DNA of 64,000 nucleotides from an uncultured Chloroflexia bacterium (GTDB lineage Bacteria > Chloroflexota > Anaerolineae > CG2-30-64-16). Position numbers and translations under genes: made by a program. Below, one piece after another: positions 62,797-64,000 of this stretch. Below the pieces are notes generated by a model, which was not told the origin of the DNA, did no database searches, and saw only the letters and a list, made by a program, of their open reading frames with translations. Positions within the stretch are counted from its first letter, which is position 1. Every line of letters begins with the position of its first letter. The stretch spans positions 1,248,001-1,312,000 of the forward strand of contig CAVZDU010000001.1 of assembly GCA_963774265.1 (NCBI GenBank), read 5' to 3'.

Positions 62797-64000
62797 ATGA
62801 ATAACCTGCTGCTGACTCTTATCACCTTCATACCACTTGTCGGCGCGATCCTGACACTGATGCCCTGGGGCGAGTGGCTGCGTCTCGACAAGGCGCGTGA
62901 GGAAGGACTCATCAAGCAGGGCGCGATCGCGATCAGCACGCTCCCGCTTGGCCTCTCGATCCTGCTCTGGTTCGCCTACAACAGTGCTGTCGGGAGCATG
63001 CAGTTCGAGGTCAAGGTCCCCTGGATAACGGCGGTGAACGTCAGCTACCACGTCGGCGTGGATGGCTTGAGCGTGCCGTTTGTCTTCCTGACCACGTTCC
63101 TGACGACCTTGGGGCTGTGGTATTCGGCGCGGACGATCAGGACTCGCGTGCGTGAGTTTTTCTTCCTGTTCATGCTGCTCGAGATGGGCATGCTAGGGGT
63201 CTTCGTCTCTCTGGACCTGGTGCTGTTCTATGTCTTCTGGGAGATCGGTCTGGTGCCGATGTACTTCCTGATCGGCATCTGGGGCCAACCAAAAGATCGA
63301 CCCCAGTACTCAGCCATCAAGTTCTTCCTCTATACGATGGCCGGATCTGTCTTCATGCTGCTAGCCATCCTCGCCATTTATTTCACCACCGGCAGCTTTG
63401 ACATCCTCGAGGCTCAAGCCGCCCGCCCCTTCGCGGGCAACGTGTTGTTGTCCAGCCTGGCCTTCTTCGCCTTCTTCATCGCCTTTGCAATCAAGGTGCC
63501 AAGCTGGCCCTTCCACACCTGGCTGCCCGACGCCCACACGGCTGCGCCGACGGCCGGATCAGTGATCCTGGCAGGCGTTCTGCTGAAGCTCGGCGCCTAT
63601 GGCATTCTGCGCATTGCGCTGCCGATCTTCCCGGAGGCTGCCCATCGTTACGCCCTTTTGATCGTCGCGCTGGGGGTCATCTCGATCATCTACGGCGCAC
63701 TTGTCTCCATGGCTCAATGGGATCTTAAGCGCCTGATCGCCTACTCTTCAGTGAGTCACATGGGCTACATCATGCTGGGTGTCGGTGCCGCAGCGTATGC
63801 CGTTGGCAATCCGGATTTGATTGATGCGGCCGCCATGGCGCTGAACGGCGCGGCACTGCAGATGTTCACCCACGGACTAAGCACCGGCGCCTTGTTCTTT
63901 CTCGTTGGCGTGATCTACGAGCGAGCCCACGTGCGCGACCTGAAGATGTTCGGCGGGCTGAGCGGCAAGTTGCCTTATTACTACGGCCTCTTTGCAGTAG
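62797..64000 (+). CDS. nuoM: NADH-quinone oxidoreductase subunit M, second copy, 3' truncated by the window edge
   Basis: Translated by hand (absent from the ORF track): MNNLLLTLITFIPL, HVGVDGLS, FYVFWEIGLVPMY, KVPSWPFHTWLPDAH, LKLGAYG. Confidence 0.92.
   Translation, partial: MNNLLLTLITFIPLVGAILTLMPWGEWLRLDKAREEGLIKQGAIAISTLPLGLSILLWFAYNSAVGSMQFEVKVPWITAVNVSYHVGVDGLSVPFVFLTTFLTTLGLWYSARTIRTRVREFFFLFMLLEMGMLGVFVSLDLVLFYVFWEIGLVPMYFLIGIWGQPKDRPQYSAIKFFLYTMAGSVFMLLAILAIYFTTGSFDILEAQAARPFAGNVLLSSLAFFAFFIAFAIKVPSWPFHTWLPDAHTAAPTAGSVILAGVLLKLGAYGILRIALPIFPEAAHRYALLIVALGVISIIYGALVSMAQWDLKRLIAYSSVSHMGYIMLGVGAAAYAVGNPDLIDAAAMALNGAALQMFTHGLSTGALFFLVGVIYERAHVRDLKMFGGLSGKLPYYYGLFAV

Overview
GC-rich bacterial chromosomal window, most consistent with a Chloroflexota (Anaerolineae/Caldilineae-like) genome; this taxonomy is inferred from protein features only. 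Many genes carry single-base frameshifts, probably long-read assembly errors, so several CDS coordinates are reconstructed by hand. Left to right: partial birA; a ~14-heme NapC/NirT-type cytochrome; a DUF6062-like protein; eno; an intact IS256-like element with a 9-bp target duplication; a CSC-motif P1B-ATPase; a decaheme cytochrome built from a duplicated pentaheme unit; a hydantoinase/oxoprolinase plus MoaD-like gene; two peptide ABC operons, one with a circularly permuted binding protein; an ECF sigma/anti-sigma pair; an orphan Pol-beta-like nucleotidyltransferase next to a DEDDh exonuclease; proBA; a Y1 (IS200/RAYT-like) transposase with a matching non-autonomous element 3.3 kb away; a two-subunit flavin amine/proline dehydrogenase; an EndoQ-UvrD fusion; a B3/B4 protein; a collapsed ppaC relic; and two back-to-back complex I operons. 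One operon is complete (A,B,CD,EF,G,H-N). The other has membrane subunits only within the window (A,H,J,K,L,M...), and its NuoL helix is exactly 26 aa longer, the signature of 2M complex I. Several palindromic and heptamer repeat families sit both between genes and in frame inside genes.
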